From the NCBI GenBank assembly GCA_017513085.1, contig JAFWDK010000015.1, positions 1 to 64,000 on the forward strand: a stretch of DNA of 64,000 nucleotides. The letters run 5' to 3'. The DNA is from Clostridiales bacterium (GTDB lineage Bacteria > Bacillota > Clostridia > Saccharofermentanales > Saccharofermentanaceae). A program made the translations under genes and the position numbers. Under the pieces are notes generated by a model, which searched no databases, had not been told where the DNA came from, and saw nothing but the letters and a program-made list of their open reading frames with translations. Position 1 is the stretch's first letter; the number at the start of each line of letters is the position of its first letter. This document shows, in pieces, positions 29,145 to 38,494 of the stretch.

Positions 29145-30218
29145 ATGAAGATGGTTTTCCGCTGGTGGCCAAACGGCGATGATACAGTAACTTTGGCTCA
29201 GATCCGCCAGATCCCGGGAGTTTCGGGTGTCGCAACTATGCTTTCTAATGTTCCGGCCGGTGAGGTCTGGACACCGAAGATGATTCAGTCTGTCAAAAAT
29301 CAGGTCAACGATGCCGGTCTCGAGATGGAAGTCATCGAGAGCGTCAATATCCATGAGGACATCAAGAAAGGTCTTTCTACCAGAGATCACTATATCGAAA
29401 ACTATATTGAAACCATGAAGAACCTCCATGAAGCAGGCGTAAAATGCATCTGCTATAACTTCATGCCTGTCATGGACTGGTTTAGAAGCCAGCTCGACAA
29501 ACCTCTCCGCGATGGAAGCGGCGCCATGGCCTACGACCACAGTTATGCATCCAATCTGACGCTTCAGAACATCATCGATTCCATGATGAACGGTTCCAAC
29601 AAGATGACCCTTCCGGGCTGGGAACCGGAGCGTTTTCCGGCGATGGCCAAGGATATTGAGTTTTATCAGGGAGTCTCCCAAGAAGAATATTTCAAGAACA
29701 TTTCCTATTTCCTAAACGCAGTCATGCCGTATGCGGAAGAGTATGACATTGATTTCGGCGTACACCCGGATGATCCGCCGTGGCCGCTTTTTAACCTGCC
29801 TAAGGTCGTTTGCAGCGCGGAATCCATCCATAAATATCTGGATCTGAACCCAAGCAAGCGCAATGGTTTGACCCTTTGCACCGGAAGTCTTGGCGCCAAT
29901 TCGGATAATGATATACCGGCAATGGCAAAGGAATTCGCGTCTATGGGACGTGTGCCTTTTGTTCATCTTCGTAATGTTAAACACACCAGCGAGAAGGATT
30001 TCCACGAGAGTGCTCATCTGAGCAGCGATGGAGATCTGGATATGTATGCTATTGTCAAAGCTCTGCATGACAATGGTTTCGATGGTTATATCCGTCCTGA
30101 TCACGGTCGTCGTATCTGGGATGAGATGTGCCGTCCGGGCTATGGTCTTTATGACCGTGCTCTTGGAGCTATGTATATTCAGGGTCTTTGGGAAGCTGTC
30201 AGTAAAAACGCCAGATAA
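29145..30218 (+). CDS. uxuA: Mannonate dehydratase
   Basis: FRW, ESVNIHEDIK, CYNFMP, HPDDPP, RPDHGR and PGYGLYDRALG motifs. Confidence 0.97.
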   Translation: MKMVFRWWPNGDDTVTLAQIRQIPGVSGVATMLSNVPAGEVWTPKMIQSVKNQVNDAGLEMEVIESVNIHEDIKKGLSTRDHYIENYIETMKNLHEAGVKCICYNFMPVMDWFRSQLDKPLRDGSGAMAYDHSYASNLTLQNIIDSMMNGSNKMTLPGWEPERFPAMAKDIEFYQGVSQEEYFKNISYFLNAVMPYAEEYDIDFGVHPDDPPWPLFNLPKVVCSAESIHKYLDLNPSKRNGLTLCTGSLGANSDNDIPAMAKEFASMGRVPFVHLRNVKHTSEKDFHESAHLSSDGDLDMYAIVKALHDNGFDGYIRPDHGRRIWDEMCRPGYGLYDRALGAMYIQGLWEAVSKNAR

Positions 30219-30268
30219 CCCCTTTAGGGGCTTTTCAGCAGATTAATAGAATATAGAGGTGACCGACT

Positions 30269-31885
30269 ATGATTTCGATGAATCTTGATTCACTTATGGA
30301 CGAAACACTCTGGGCAGAAAGGAGTATCAAGATCCCGAAATTTTCGGTTGCGTCTGTGGCCTCCAAAACCGAGAGCACACCGACATGGCTTCATTTCGGT
30401 GCCGGAAACATTTTCCGCGGCTTTGTGGCACGTATCGCACAGGATCTCTTGAATCAAGGACTTACCGATACAGGCGTGATCGCAGCCGACACTTTCGATT
30501 ACGAGATCATCGACCGGATCTACAAGCCATACGACAATCTCACGCTGATGGTAGATCTTAAACCGAGCGGTGATGTCGGATATGAGATCATCGGCAGTAT
30601 CACAGAGGCCAGAAAGGCCGATCCTTCCCTTACTGAAGAAATGGCACGTCTCTCGCAGATCGTGACATCCCCTTCCCTTCAGCTCATCAGTTTTACCATT
30701 ACCGAAAAAGGCTATGCTCTGCGGAATATGAACGGAGATCTTTTGCCGGTCGTTGAAGCAGATATTGAAAACGGACCTTCTGAAGCACATCATGCAATGA
30801 GCATCGTGTGTGCACTCCTTTGGGACCGTTTCCAGAATGGCGCTGCCCCGATCGCACTGGCCAGCATGGATAATTGCAGCCACAATGGTGAGAAGCTCCG
30901 CAGTTCGATCCTGGAGATCGCTAAGGAATGGCGCATCCGTAAATTCGTGACTCCGGACTTCATCGACTATATTTCTGATGACTCACGTGTTGCTTTCCCT
31001 TGGAGCATGATCGATAAGATCACACCTCGTCCGGATGCCTCCGTACAGAAAATGATCGAAGAGATGGGGCTGTCCGATATGGCACCGATCACCACCTCAA
31101 AGGGTACTTTTATTGCACCTTTCGTAAATGCAGAAGTTCCGCAATATCTTGTCATGGAAGATACTTTCCCGAATGGTCGTCCGCCTTTTGAAAAAGCAGG
31201 CGTATATATGACAGACCGCGATACAGTCAATAAGTCCGAGCGCATGAAGGTGACCACCTGTTTGAACCCTCTTCATACGGCTCTGGCTGTTTATGGCTGT
31301 CTTCTCGGGTATACCCGTATCTCTGACGAGATGCAGAACCCACTTCTCGTTTCACTTATCAAGAATATCGGTTACCGGGAAGGTCTGCCTGTTGTTACGG
31401 ATCCGAAGATCCTGGACCCGAAAGAGTTTATCCGCGAAGTCATCGAGGAGCGTTTCCCGAATCCGTATATTCCGGACGCACCGCAGCGTATTGCTACTGA
31501 TACGAGTCTTAAAGTTCCGATCCGTTTTGGTGAGACCATCAAGTCTTATATTTCCGATCCGAATCTGAACGTAACATCTTTGACCTACATTCCGCTTGCG
31601 ATTGCAGGTTGGTTCCGTTATCTTCTTGGCGTGGATGATAATGGAAATGAGATGCCGATCAGTTCTGACCCGCTTCTTGCTTCTTTGCAGGAGCAACTTG
31701 CCAATGTTCACTTCGGTGATCCGGATAGCTGCGACGGGCAACTGGACGGTCTTCTCTCGAATACTTCGCTGTTCGCTGCTGATCTGGTAGCCTGTGGACT
31801 TTCACCGAAGATCGAAAATATGCTTTCCGAAATGCTGTCTGGTCCTGGAGCCGTGAAAATGACTCTGAAAAAATATGTCGGTTAA
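30269..31885 (+). CDS. uxuB: Mannitol dehydrogenase family protein, probable fructuronate reductase
   Basis: HFGAGNIFRG, FTITEKGY, MDNCSHNG, MIDKITP, CLNPLHT and RIATDTS motifs; directly after uxuA. Confidence 0.88.
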   Translation: MISMNLDSLMDETLWAERSIKIPKFSVASVASKTESTPTWLHFGAGNIFRGFVARIAQDLLNQGLTDTGVIAADTFDYEIIDRIYKPYDNLTLMVDLKPSGDVGYEIIGSITEARKADPSLTEEMARLSQIVTSPSLQLISFTITEKGYALRNMNGDLLPVVEADIENGPSEAHHAMSIVCALLWDRFQNGAAPIALASMDNCSHNGEKLRSSILEIAKEWRIRKFVTPDFIDYISDDSRVAFPWSMIDKITPRPDASVQKMIEEMGLSDMAPITTSKGTFIAPFVNAEVPQYLVMEDTFPNGRPPFEKAGVYMTDRDTVNKSERMKVTTCLNPLHTALAVYGCLLGYTRISDEMQNPLLVSLIKNIGYREGLPVVTDPKILDPKEFIREVIEERFPNPYIPDAPQRIATDTSLKVPIRFGETIKSYISDPNLNVTSLTYIPLAIAGWFRYLLGVDDNGNEMPISSDPLLASLQEQLANVHFGDPDSCDGQLDGLLSNTSLFAADLVACGLSPKIENMLSEMLSGPGAVKMTLKKYVG

Positions 31886-31928
31886 AGAAAACAGAAACTG
31901 TTTTTATTCGTGCATTTCCTGCGTCGGC

Positions 31929-31942
31929 ACTTGTATGGAAGT
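31929..31942. promoter_or_regulatory. Putative autoregulatory operator ACTTGTATGGAAGT
   Basis: 11/14 match to the cluster palindrome, upstream of the GntR gene. Confidence 0.55.
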
Positions 31943-32045
31943 TAAAAATCATGTATATTTAGTGTGTTTTTGAATCGGACATATATCCGAAAAAGCAAAA
32001 GATTTCGGGATAACCGAGAGAATCGAGAGCAAAGGAGCCATTCTT

Positions 32046-32729
32046 ATGATCATTACACCGAAGAATCCTAATGAGACTAACAGAGAATATGCTTTTCGTG
32101 TGATCAGCGACAATATCATCAGTCTGGATATCGTACCCGGCAGCATGATCGGCGAACAAGAAGTCGCCTCTGAACTTGGACTCTCCCGTACTCCTGTACA
32201 CGAAGCGCTTCTGGAGCTTTCGAAATCAAAGATCGTCGATATCCTGCCGCAGAAAGGCTGTCTCGTCTCCATGATCGATCCGGACCTTATCCGCGAAGCT
32301 CGTTTTCTCCGTATTACTGTAGAAACAGCGCTTGTCGAAGACTCTTGCGAACTTGCCAAGGAGACAGATCTTCAGGATCTTGAAGAAAACCTTCAACTTC
32401 AGGAATTTTACCTCCAGAAGGATCCTCTTAAGCTTCTGACTCTCGATAACGATTTCCATAAGATCATCTACCGCATCTGCAACAAGATGCAGTGCCACTA
32501 TATGGTCAGCCTTATGAGCATGCATTTTGACCGTGTCCGTAGCCTGAGCCTCCATTCTGTCAAAGATCTCAAGATCGTCTCGGATCACCGTGCGATCTTT
32601 GAGGCCATCAAGAAGAAGGACCCGGCTGCTGCCCGTGCTGCTTTCCAGAAGCATATGGCCCGTTTCGAGCTTGACTGGAATATCATCAGCAGCGAGTACA
32701 AGCAGTACATCTCTGACAGCAACAAGTAA
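32046..32729 (+). CDS. GntR family transcriptional regulator with FCD domain (UxuR-like)
   Basis: wHTH LGLSRTPVHEAL...PQKG; FCD motifs DNDFH and DHRAI. Confidence 0.93.
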   Translation: MIITPKNPNETNREYAFRVISDNIISLDIVPGSMIGEQEVASELGLSRTPVHEALLELSKSKIVDILPQKGCLVSMIDPDLIREARFLRITVETALVEDSCELAKETDLQDLEENLQLQEFYLQKDPLKLLTLDNDFHKIIYRICNKMQCHYMVSLMSMHFDRVRSLSLHSVKDLKIVSDHRAIFEAIKKKDPAAARAAFQKHMARFELDWNIISSEYKQYISDSNK

Positions 32730-32736
32730 ATCTGCC

Positions 32737-33813
32737 ATGAATACGACATCTTCGGATCTATGGACTTATCTGACGACCGCCCAAAAGCCGGTCGTTCTTT
32801 ATGGTACGGGAAACGGTGCGGATAAGATCCTTGATCAGTTAATACTACGCAATATTCCCGTCTCAGGTGTCTTTGCGAGCTCCGGCTTTGTCAGGAACCG
32901 TTTTTTCCGCGGTTTCCCGGTAGAGAGCTATGAAACCCTTCACGATCGTCTGGGTGACATGATCGTGCTGATCTGCTTCGGTACATCCCGAAGTGAAGTT
33001 CTGGAGAATATCGACCGCATCGCCCGGGAATGCGAAACGTATGCCCCGGATGTTCCGGTATACGGGCAAGTGCTTTTTGATCAGGCATATCATGGATCAC
33101 ATAAAAGGTCCTTCGAAAAGGTGCGCGATATGCTATCGGACGACATTTCACGGGCTACGTTCGATGCAACGATTCAATATAAGCTTTCCGGTGACTATAA
33201 GCTGCTTCGTCCCGTCGAACGGCCGCTTTCCGACGCCGCGGAGTTGTTTGCGATCCCGGATCCGTCCACTTTTCTTGATCTGGGTGCGTACAACGGGGAC
33301 ACAGTGCTTCTTTATACTTCCCTCTTTCCGCAGATACATAACATCATCGCGGTTGAACCGGACAGCAGAAATTTCAGAAAACTGCAGGAAAATACCAGGT
33401 CCTTTTTCGAGGATACGGTACAATACACGATTTCTTACCTGCGCGCCCTGGTGTCGGACCACGACGGGATCACTACGATCGACCGGAATAAGGGGCGCGG
33501 CGTCCATGAGACCTCGGGTTCCCATAATACCGAAGATCTTACAGCCGCCACGATCGTAACGATGTTACAAGGGCAGAAACCGGACCTTATCAAACTGGAT
33601 GTGGAAGGAAATGAGCTTTTGGCCCTTGAAGGAGGTCGTGATGTAATCGCCCGTTCCCGTCCGTCTCTCATCGTATCCTGTTACCATAAGAGCGAGGACC
33701 TTCTTACCCTCCCTCTTTTTCTCAAAGAACTGGTTCCGGAGTATAAAGTTTACATGCGTCACCATCCGCATCTTTTGTGCTGGGATACGGAGTATTATTT
33801 CACGATCGGATAA
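32737..33813 (+). CDS. FkbM family SAM-dependent methyltransferase
   Basis: FLDLGAYNGD, AVEPD, IKLDVEGNE and CYHK motifs; start moved to MNTT. Confidence 0.88.
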   Translation: MNTTSSDLWTYLTTAQKPVVLYGTGNGADKILDQLILRNIPVSGVFASSGFVRNRFFRGFPVESYETLHDRLGDMIVLICFGTSRSEVLENIDRIARECETYAPDVPVYGQVLFDQAYHGSHKRSFEKVRDMLSDDISRATFDATIQYKLSGDYKLLRPVERPLSDAAELFAIPDPSTFLDLGAYNGDTVLLYTSLFPQIHNIIAVEPDSRNFRKLQENTRSFFEDTVQYTISYLRALVSDHDGITTIDRNKGRGVHETSGSHNTEDLTAATIVTMLQGQKPDLIKLDVEGNELLALEGGRDVIARSRPSLIVSCYHKSEDLLTLPLFLKELVPEYKVYMRHHPHLLCWDTEYYFTIG

Positions 33814-33957
33814 CGTGCATCCGCCTATCGGACAGACTTCTCGTTTTTTCATACTATTCTGCAACTTCTTCTCTATTCAAATATCAAATACCCGTGATAG
33901 AATGGTAATGGTTGGAAAAGGTGTTGCCTTGGCTTCACTCAAAAAGGAGATACATAT

Positions 33958-35214
33958 ATGGCTAAGAATTGTCCCGGCTGCGGAGCTCCTATGGAGTATG
34001 ATCCCGGTTTTGATTCACTTGTCTGCCAGTCATGTGGAAATATCATCGATCCGAAATCGTTGCCGGATGCTGACGATTTCTATTTAAATTACGGTTCAGA
34101 GGAACCTGTCGACTTGAAAGACATGGTCGATGAAGATAGTTGGTCCGGTGAGATGTATGATTGTCATATATATACCTGTAGTCAGTGTGGCGGTGAAGTC
34201 ATCGTTTCCGGAACAGAAGTGTCGACCCGATGCATCTACTGCGGTTCCACCGCCGTGGTTTTTAACCGCATTGCCCGGGAACACCGCCCGGATTATATCG
34301 TTCCTTTCAAGATAACTAAAGAAGAGGCACTGGAAAATGTTCGGGAGAAGCTCCTCTCCGGTTTTTTTGTGCCACGCTTTTTCAAGAAGGCGGAACCTTC
34401 CGTTGTCCGCGGAATCTATATCCCCTACTTTCTTTACGAAGGATCGTATCAGGACACACAACGTTTTTTGGCTGGAGAGACGCCATATATTTACGATTGC
34501 GAATGTGAATTCGAGGATCTCCCGGTTGAAGCATGTAAGGCGCTTGCCGACAGGACAAGCGCTATGCTTGAGCCTTACTACCTCAACGAAAAAGTTGAAT
34601 TTGATACATCGTATCTGATGGGTTTCTACTCCAATGTACAGGATCTGGAACCTCGCGTCGCAGCAGGTGGTGCGAATATAAAAGCAAGAGCTTTCTTTGA
34701 CCGGGAAGTCATGAATCAGCTCCCGAAATCATATTTCCGCAAAATGAGGCGTGTAACATCCGTTCCGAAGTCGAAGCTTTCCCGTTCTTCCTATGCACTT
34801 CTTCCCGCCTGGTTCATCACCATTAATCGTGAGAACACACCCTATACTTTCCTGGTAAACGGACAGACCGGAAAAGTTGTCGGGACTGTTCCGTGGAACC
34901 GTTTTCTTATTGGCGCAATGATTGCTTTGTCCTTTATTGTGCTTACGCTTCTTTCTACTGTGATTTTTTTCAAATCCGGTCTGGTAGCTGACGTTTTCGG
35001 CTTAAACGAAGAATTCTCATATCGTGCGGGACATAAGCTTTCTTCTTCCGTCGACAGTGCTCAGATCTATGCTTCTATTGGTATTCTGGGAGGTGCGCTC
35101 GGTATCCTGAGTGTAGGATTTGCAAAATTCAAGAAAGTCCTGGACAACCTGAATCTGTCCCGTTCGATCGTTACATTTATCTTCTCCAAGAAGAGACAGG
35201 GGGATGCAAAATGA
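33958..35214 (+). CDS. Zinc-ribbon membrane protein (TFIIB-type zinc ribbon family)
   Basis: Four CxxC pairs, PDYIVPF, LEPY, LLPAW and VNGQTGKVVG motifs, two C-terminal TMs; AAGGAG RBS. Confidence 0.85.
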   Translation: MAKNCPGCGAPMEYDPGFDSLVCQSCGNIIDPKSLPDADDFYLNYGSEEPVDLKDMVDEDSWSGEMYDCHIYTCSQCGGEVIVSGTEVSTRCIYCGSTAVVFNRIAREHRPDYIVPFKITKEEALENVREKLLSGFFVPRFFKKAEPSVVRGIYIPYFLYEGSYQDTQRFLAGETPYIYDCECEFEDLPVEACKALADRTSAMLEPYYLNEKVEFDTSYLMGFYSNVQDLEPRVAAGGANIKARAFFDREVMNQLPKSYFRKMRRVTSVPKSKLSRSSYALLPAWFITINRENTPYTFLVNGQTGKVVGTVPWNRFLIGAMIALSFIVLTLLSTVIFFKSGLVADVFGLNEEFSYRAGHKLSSSVDSAQIYASIGILGGALGILSVGFAKFKKVLDNLNLSRSIVTFIFSKKRQGDAK

Positions 35215-35381
35215 TCATTATTATCATGCTTTTTATTGCCTCGATCATCGCCGCGCTGGGACTGAGTTTTCTCTTTGTCAGTGTCCTTCTGGAGCGCTCG
35301 AACAGTTATGGAAGCAATATAGAATCGACGCCTTCCATGAAAAGGTTTACCGTAAAAGATGTAAATCAGCAGAAGCTCTGA
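35211..35381 (+). CDS. Small single-TM protein (56 aa)
   Basis: Below the ORF-track cutoff. ATGA overlap with the upstream stop and an AGGGGG RBS; MIIIIMLFIASIIAALGLSFLFVSVLLERSNSYG... Confidence 0.6.
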   Translation: MIIIIMLFIASIIAALGLSFLFVSVLLERSNSYGSNIESTPSMKRFTVKDVNQQKL

Positions 35382-35396
35382 TCATTGTGCCTTTCC

Positions 35397-36722
35397 CTAC
35401 AGGATCTTCCGTGCGCCATAAGGCCGGATACGTAGGATATGACAGGTTCCTTTTCCGAAAACGCCTTCCAGTGTGAAGACGTATTCCGTGATCTTTTCTT
35501 TTGGAACAAAGGCCTGTATCGTGCCTGCAAAACCTCCTCCATGGACCCGGCATGCGCCCTTTGTCCCTAAGATCCTGCGGCTTAGCATAAGAGCCAAAGG
35601 GATCTCCTGATCCTGTGGTCTCTCTGCACAGAAGAGATTCTGAAGAAGATCAGCAGAGGATTCTCCCGACTCATTGACCAATTCCAGAAATCTCTGAAAA
35701 TCTTCTTTGTCGAGCGCCTGCGCCTCTTGGCCGACACGATCATCGTCTGCGAAAAAATGTGCACTGCGTAAGATCGCCCGATCACTGATCTGCGGATCTT
35801 TTTTCAATTTGCTGATCCGTGCCCAAAACTCTTTCTCATCTACTTCCCGAAGATATTCTTTGTCAAAGAATCGGGCCACGCTCCGCATCTCATGCGGAAT
35901 GGCCGAATACTCGTTGGAAAGACCGGCATGGCTGCCTTGGGTGTCCGTTATGACAAGTGAAAAACCGAGCTTATCCAGATCACATTGATGAGTATCTATC
36001 TTTGGCATAGCGGGATCTTTAAAGTCGATTTCCACAAATCCTCCGACTGACGAAACCATCTGGTCCATCAATCCGCACGCTTTGCCGAAATACTCATTTT
36101 CCGCGATCTGTCCATACTTTGCGACCTCGATCGCTCCTGCCTTTTCTTCATTATCGGTGCTGTCGATGATCTTCCCGATCAGCATTTCGAAAGCCGCCGA
36201 AGAGGAAAGACCACTGCCGGGAAGTACGGTCGAAGTAACGTATGCATCAAATCCTCTGACGCATACGCCTCTTTTAATAAATTGCGCTACCATGCCCCGA
36301 ACCAGGGAAGCTGTTGTTTCTTTTTCTTCGCTATGCGGCAAATAGTCTGTCACATCCACTTCCAAAAGCGGATATCCTTCAGACAGGATACGGATCCGAT
36401 TACTTCCGTTTGGCGATACTACTGCAATGGCATCCAGATCCACAGCAGCCGCCAGGACTCTGCCCCGCTGGTGATCTGTGTGATTTCCGCAGATCTCCGT
36501 CCGTCCCGGAGCCGAGAAGATAGAGATATCCCGCATATCCTCAACCGCAGTATCCGACACAAGTTCTTTTGGATCAGGAAATGCAACCGTGAATGCCTCT
36601 ACAGCATGTGCATATCTTTCTTTCTGCGCTTCGACTTTTTCCGGAAGATTTCCGTAAAGCTCGGAAAACAATTCATTTATCTCATCTGATCGAATCTTAG
36701 TGAGAACTTCTTGGATCGTCAT
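35397..36722 (-). CDS. galK: Galactokinase (GHMP kinase family)
   Basis: APGRTEICGNHTDHQ, GSGLSSSAA, GLMDQ and RVHGGGFAG motifs. Confidence 0.88.
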   Translation of the reverse strand: MTIQEVLTKIRSDEINELFSELYGNLPEKVEAQKERYAHAVEAFTVAFPDPKELVSDTAVEDMRDISIFSAPGRTEICGNHTDHQRGRVLAAAVDLDAIAVVSPNGSNRIRILSEGYPLLEVDVTDYLPHSEEKETTASLVRGMVAQFIKRGVCVRGFDAYVTSTVLPGSGLSSSAAFEMLIGKIIDSTDNEEKAGAIEVAKYGQIAENEYFGKACGLMDQMVSSVGGFVEIDFKDPAMPKIDTHQCDLDKLGFSLVITDTQGSHAGLSNEYSAIPHEMRSVARFFDKEYLREVDEKEFWARISKLKKDPQISDRAILRSAHFFADDDRVGQEAQALDKEDFQRFLELVNESGESSADLLQNLFCAERPQDQEIPLALMLSRRILGTKGACRVHGGGFAGTIQAFVPKEKITEYVFTLEGVFGKGTCHILRIRPYGARKIL

Positions 36723-36744
36723 GGGTCTCTCCTTCTTCTGGATC

Positions 36745-37485
36745 TTATCTTGAGTACACGCCGGTTAGAACTTCATTCGCAAAAGAATCCGCAAGAGGAA
36801 GTCCTTCTGTGGAAAGTGCGATCTCCGCTTCTTTCTTGTTGTCGTAGGGAACCGACAGGATCGTAAAAGAGATCGGACTGATCTCTTGCGAATCCAGATC
36901 TCCCTCCACCAGAAGAGCATGGGCACGCGGCACGCCGATGCTGTTTCCGATACTTCCCGTGTTAACGGCATATCCGTCATGGAGAGAACGCACATACGGA
37001 CGATGGCTGTCTGCGCAGATGTAACTGTCGTACTTCATTTGCTTGTCACTTCGATAGAAACCTTGTTTCATAGTTTCGTCAGGATCATATCCCTGATAGA
37101 GCTGATCGACCGGTCGCCCGTGAAAAAGCCGGATACGTAAACCACTGATCAGGATCTCTGCTTCAAGAGGAAGAGAGTGTAACCAATTGAGTCTTTCTTC
37201 GCCAAGCTGGTCTGCGAAAAACAGATTATCTTTCGCATATGGATTCTGGTCCGGGTTATTTCTATCTTTATGGCAATCATAGATCCACTCATCCCAGTTT
37301 CCTTTCAAAAAATGATCACAATGTTCCCGCACCCAATCACAGGTTTCCACGTTGGAAGGTCCTTTTCCCACGGCATCACCTAAAAACCAGATCTGATCCG
37401 GTCCGATCTTCTTCAGACAGGCCTCCATCGCCTGTGTGGCAGTATAGTTACCATGCAGGTCTCCCAAGAAAACGATGCGACTCAT
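36745..37485 (-). CDS. Calcineurin-like metallophosphoesterase
   Basis: GDLHGN, LGDAVGKGP, GNWD, FHG, DSH and NTGSIG motifs. Confidence 0.9.
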   Translation of the reverse strand: MSRIVFLGDLHGNYTATQAMEACLKKIGPDQIWFLGDAVGKGPSNVETCDWVREHCDHFLKGNWDEWIYDCHKDRNNPDQNPYAKDNLFFADQLGEERLNWLHSLPLEAEILISGLRIRLFHGRPVDQLYQGYDPDETMKQGFYRSDKQMKYDSYICADSHRPYVRSLHDGYAVNTGSIGNSIGVPRAHALLVEGDLDSQEISPISFTILSVPYDNKKEAEIALSTEGLPLADSFANEVLTGVYSR

Positions 37486-37590
37486 ACATGTTCCTCCATT
37501 TCGGGAATTGTGTTCTTTTCCGCTGTGATAAAAACCACATTAAAAAAGCAGACGGGAGCGTGCCTCTTCTGAAGCACACTCACCCTCTAC

Positions 37591-37988
37591 TCATGATAAT
37601 ACAAAGTTCTTTTTCAGGCAAAACGGCTGCGCCCGGCGATCGGTCATCCGTTGATCGTATTGTGACGCATTATCAGTATAAAATCGAAGGCCAGAATAAG
37701 AAGAAGCGCAAGGTATCTTGCTGGTGGATATCATCATCACCGCATAGTGAACAGCCGCACCATCCACGATGTGCTGCAGGATCCCAAGAAACCTGTATTT
37801 CTTCAAGTCATAAAAGAAAAGTACAAACTGTACTTGTTCTCTTTGTCCTTTCGAAAGAGAAGAAATCTTCTGCTTAGCATCAAAATGCAAAGTCTTAAGA
37901 AACGAAAGTGCTTTTGCCTTATCAAAATCCGGGAAGAATCTCTCCATGTAGGAAACCGAAGCTTGTATCGTCGAAATCTTCCAATTTG
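37591..37988 (-). pseudogene. Decayed ABC transporter remnant (ATPase signature fragment joined to permease-like fragments)
   Basis: FFPDFDKAKALSFL...KISSLSKGQREQVQFVL is an ABC signature region without Walker A or B; hydrophobic fragments follow in shifting frames. Confidence 0.6.
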
Positions 37989-38000
37989 ATTTGCCGGACA

Positions 38001-38357
38001 GTCAGTATATTTACGATGATTCTCCATTTCCACTGACGCGAAGTCAGTGGAAATTGGCATAACACCAAAAAACACTGATTCGGAGTAGCGGCTGTCAGTG
38101 CTTTTCGCGAAATCATAGAAAAAAACTGACAGGTAATCAGTGGAAATTACAAAAATCATGAAATACACTGACAAGTGGTCAGTATAAAAATCGAAAACAA
38201 AGAAAAACACTGATTCAATTGCCGGACAGTCAGTATATTTACGATGATTCTCCATTTCCACTGACGCGAAGTCAGTGGAAATTGGCATAACACCCAAAAA
38301 CACTGATTCGAAATCGCGGCTGTCAGTGCTTTTCGCGGAATCATAGAAAAACACTGA
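38001..38357. repeat. Array of eight RTCAGT-N25-ACTGA units separated by 5- or 14-nt linkers, including an internal duplication with a 228-bp offset
   Basis: ACTGA starts at 38032, 38074, 38125, 38167, 38209, 38260, 38302 and 38353 (steps 42, 51, 42, 42, 51, 42, 51). Segment 37991-38129 recurs at 38219-38357. Confidence 0.92.
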
Positions 38358-38423
38358 AATGCCGGTTTCATCATGACCTCCGGGGGTATATCAAAGAGGG
38401 ACTGGATCGTTCTCAATCCCATG

Positions 38424-38462
38424 AAAAAAGGGACCATCTCGTAGTTTTTGAGATAGTCCCTT
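38424..38462 (-). terminator. Terminator of the DUF4428 gene
   Basis: AAGGGAC.ATCTC / GAGAT.GTCCCTT stem followed by T6 on the minus strand. Confidence 0.75.
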
Positions 38463-38494
38463 CTGAATTGCTTATCCAATTCGTAAAACAGGAA

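Noticed and set aside
35204-35476. 90-aa ORF in the track
   Set aside because: It overlaps the galK 3' end. The alternative frame 35211-35381 has better RBS spacing and a clear TM helix.
38001-38357. Canonical CRISPR array
   Set aside because: The conserved parts are only about 6 nt, the variable segments resemble each other and are duplicated, and there are no cas genes or leader.
38385-38420. SAM-I riboswitch-like string ATCAAAGAGGGACTGG
   Set aside because: The rest of the S-box core is missing and there is no suitably oriented downstream gene.
37803-38479. ORFs 37803-38354, 37922-38116 and 38156-38479
   Set aside because: Frames stay open because the repeat periods (42 and 51) are multiples of 3. 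There is no RBS, and one ORF runs through a terminator.
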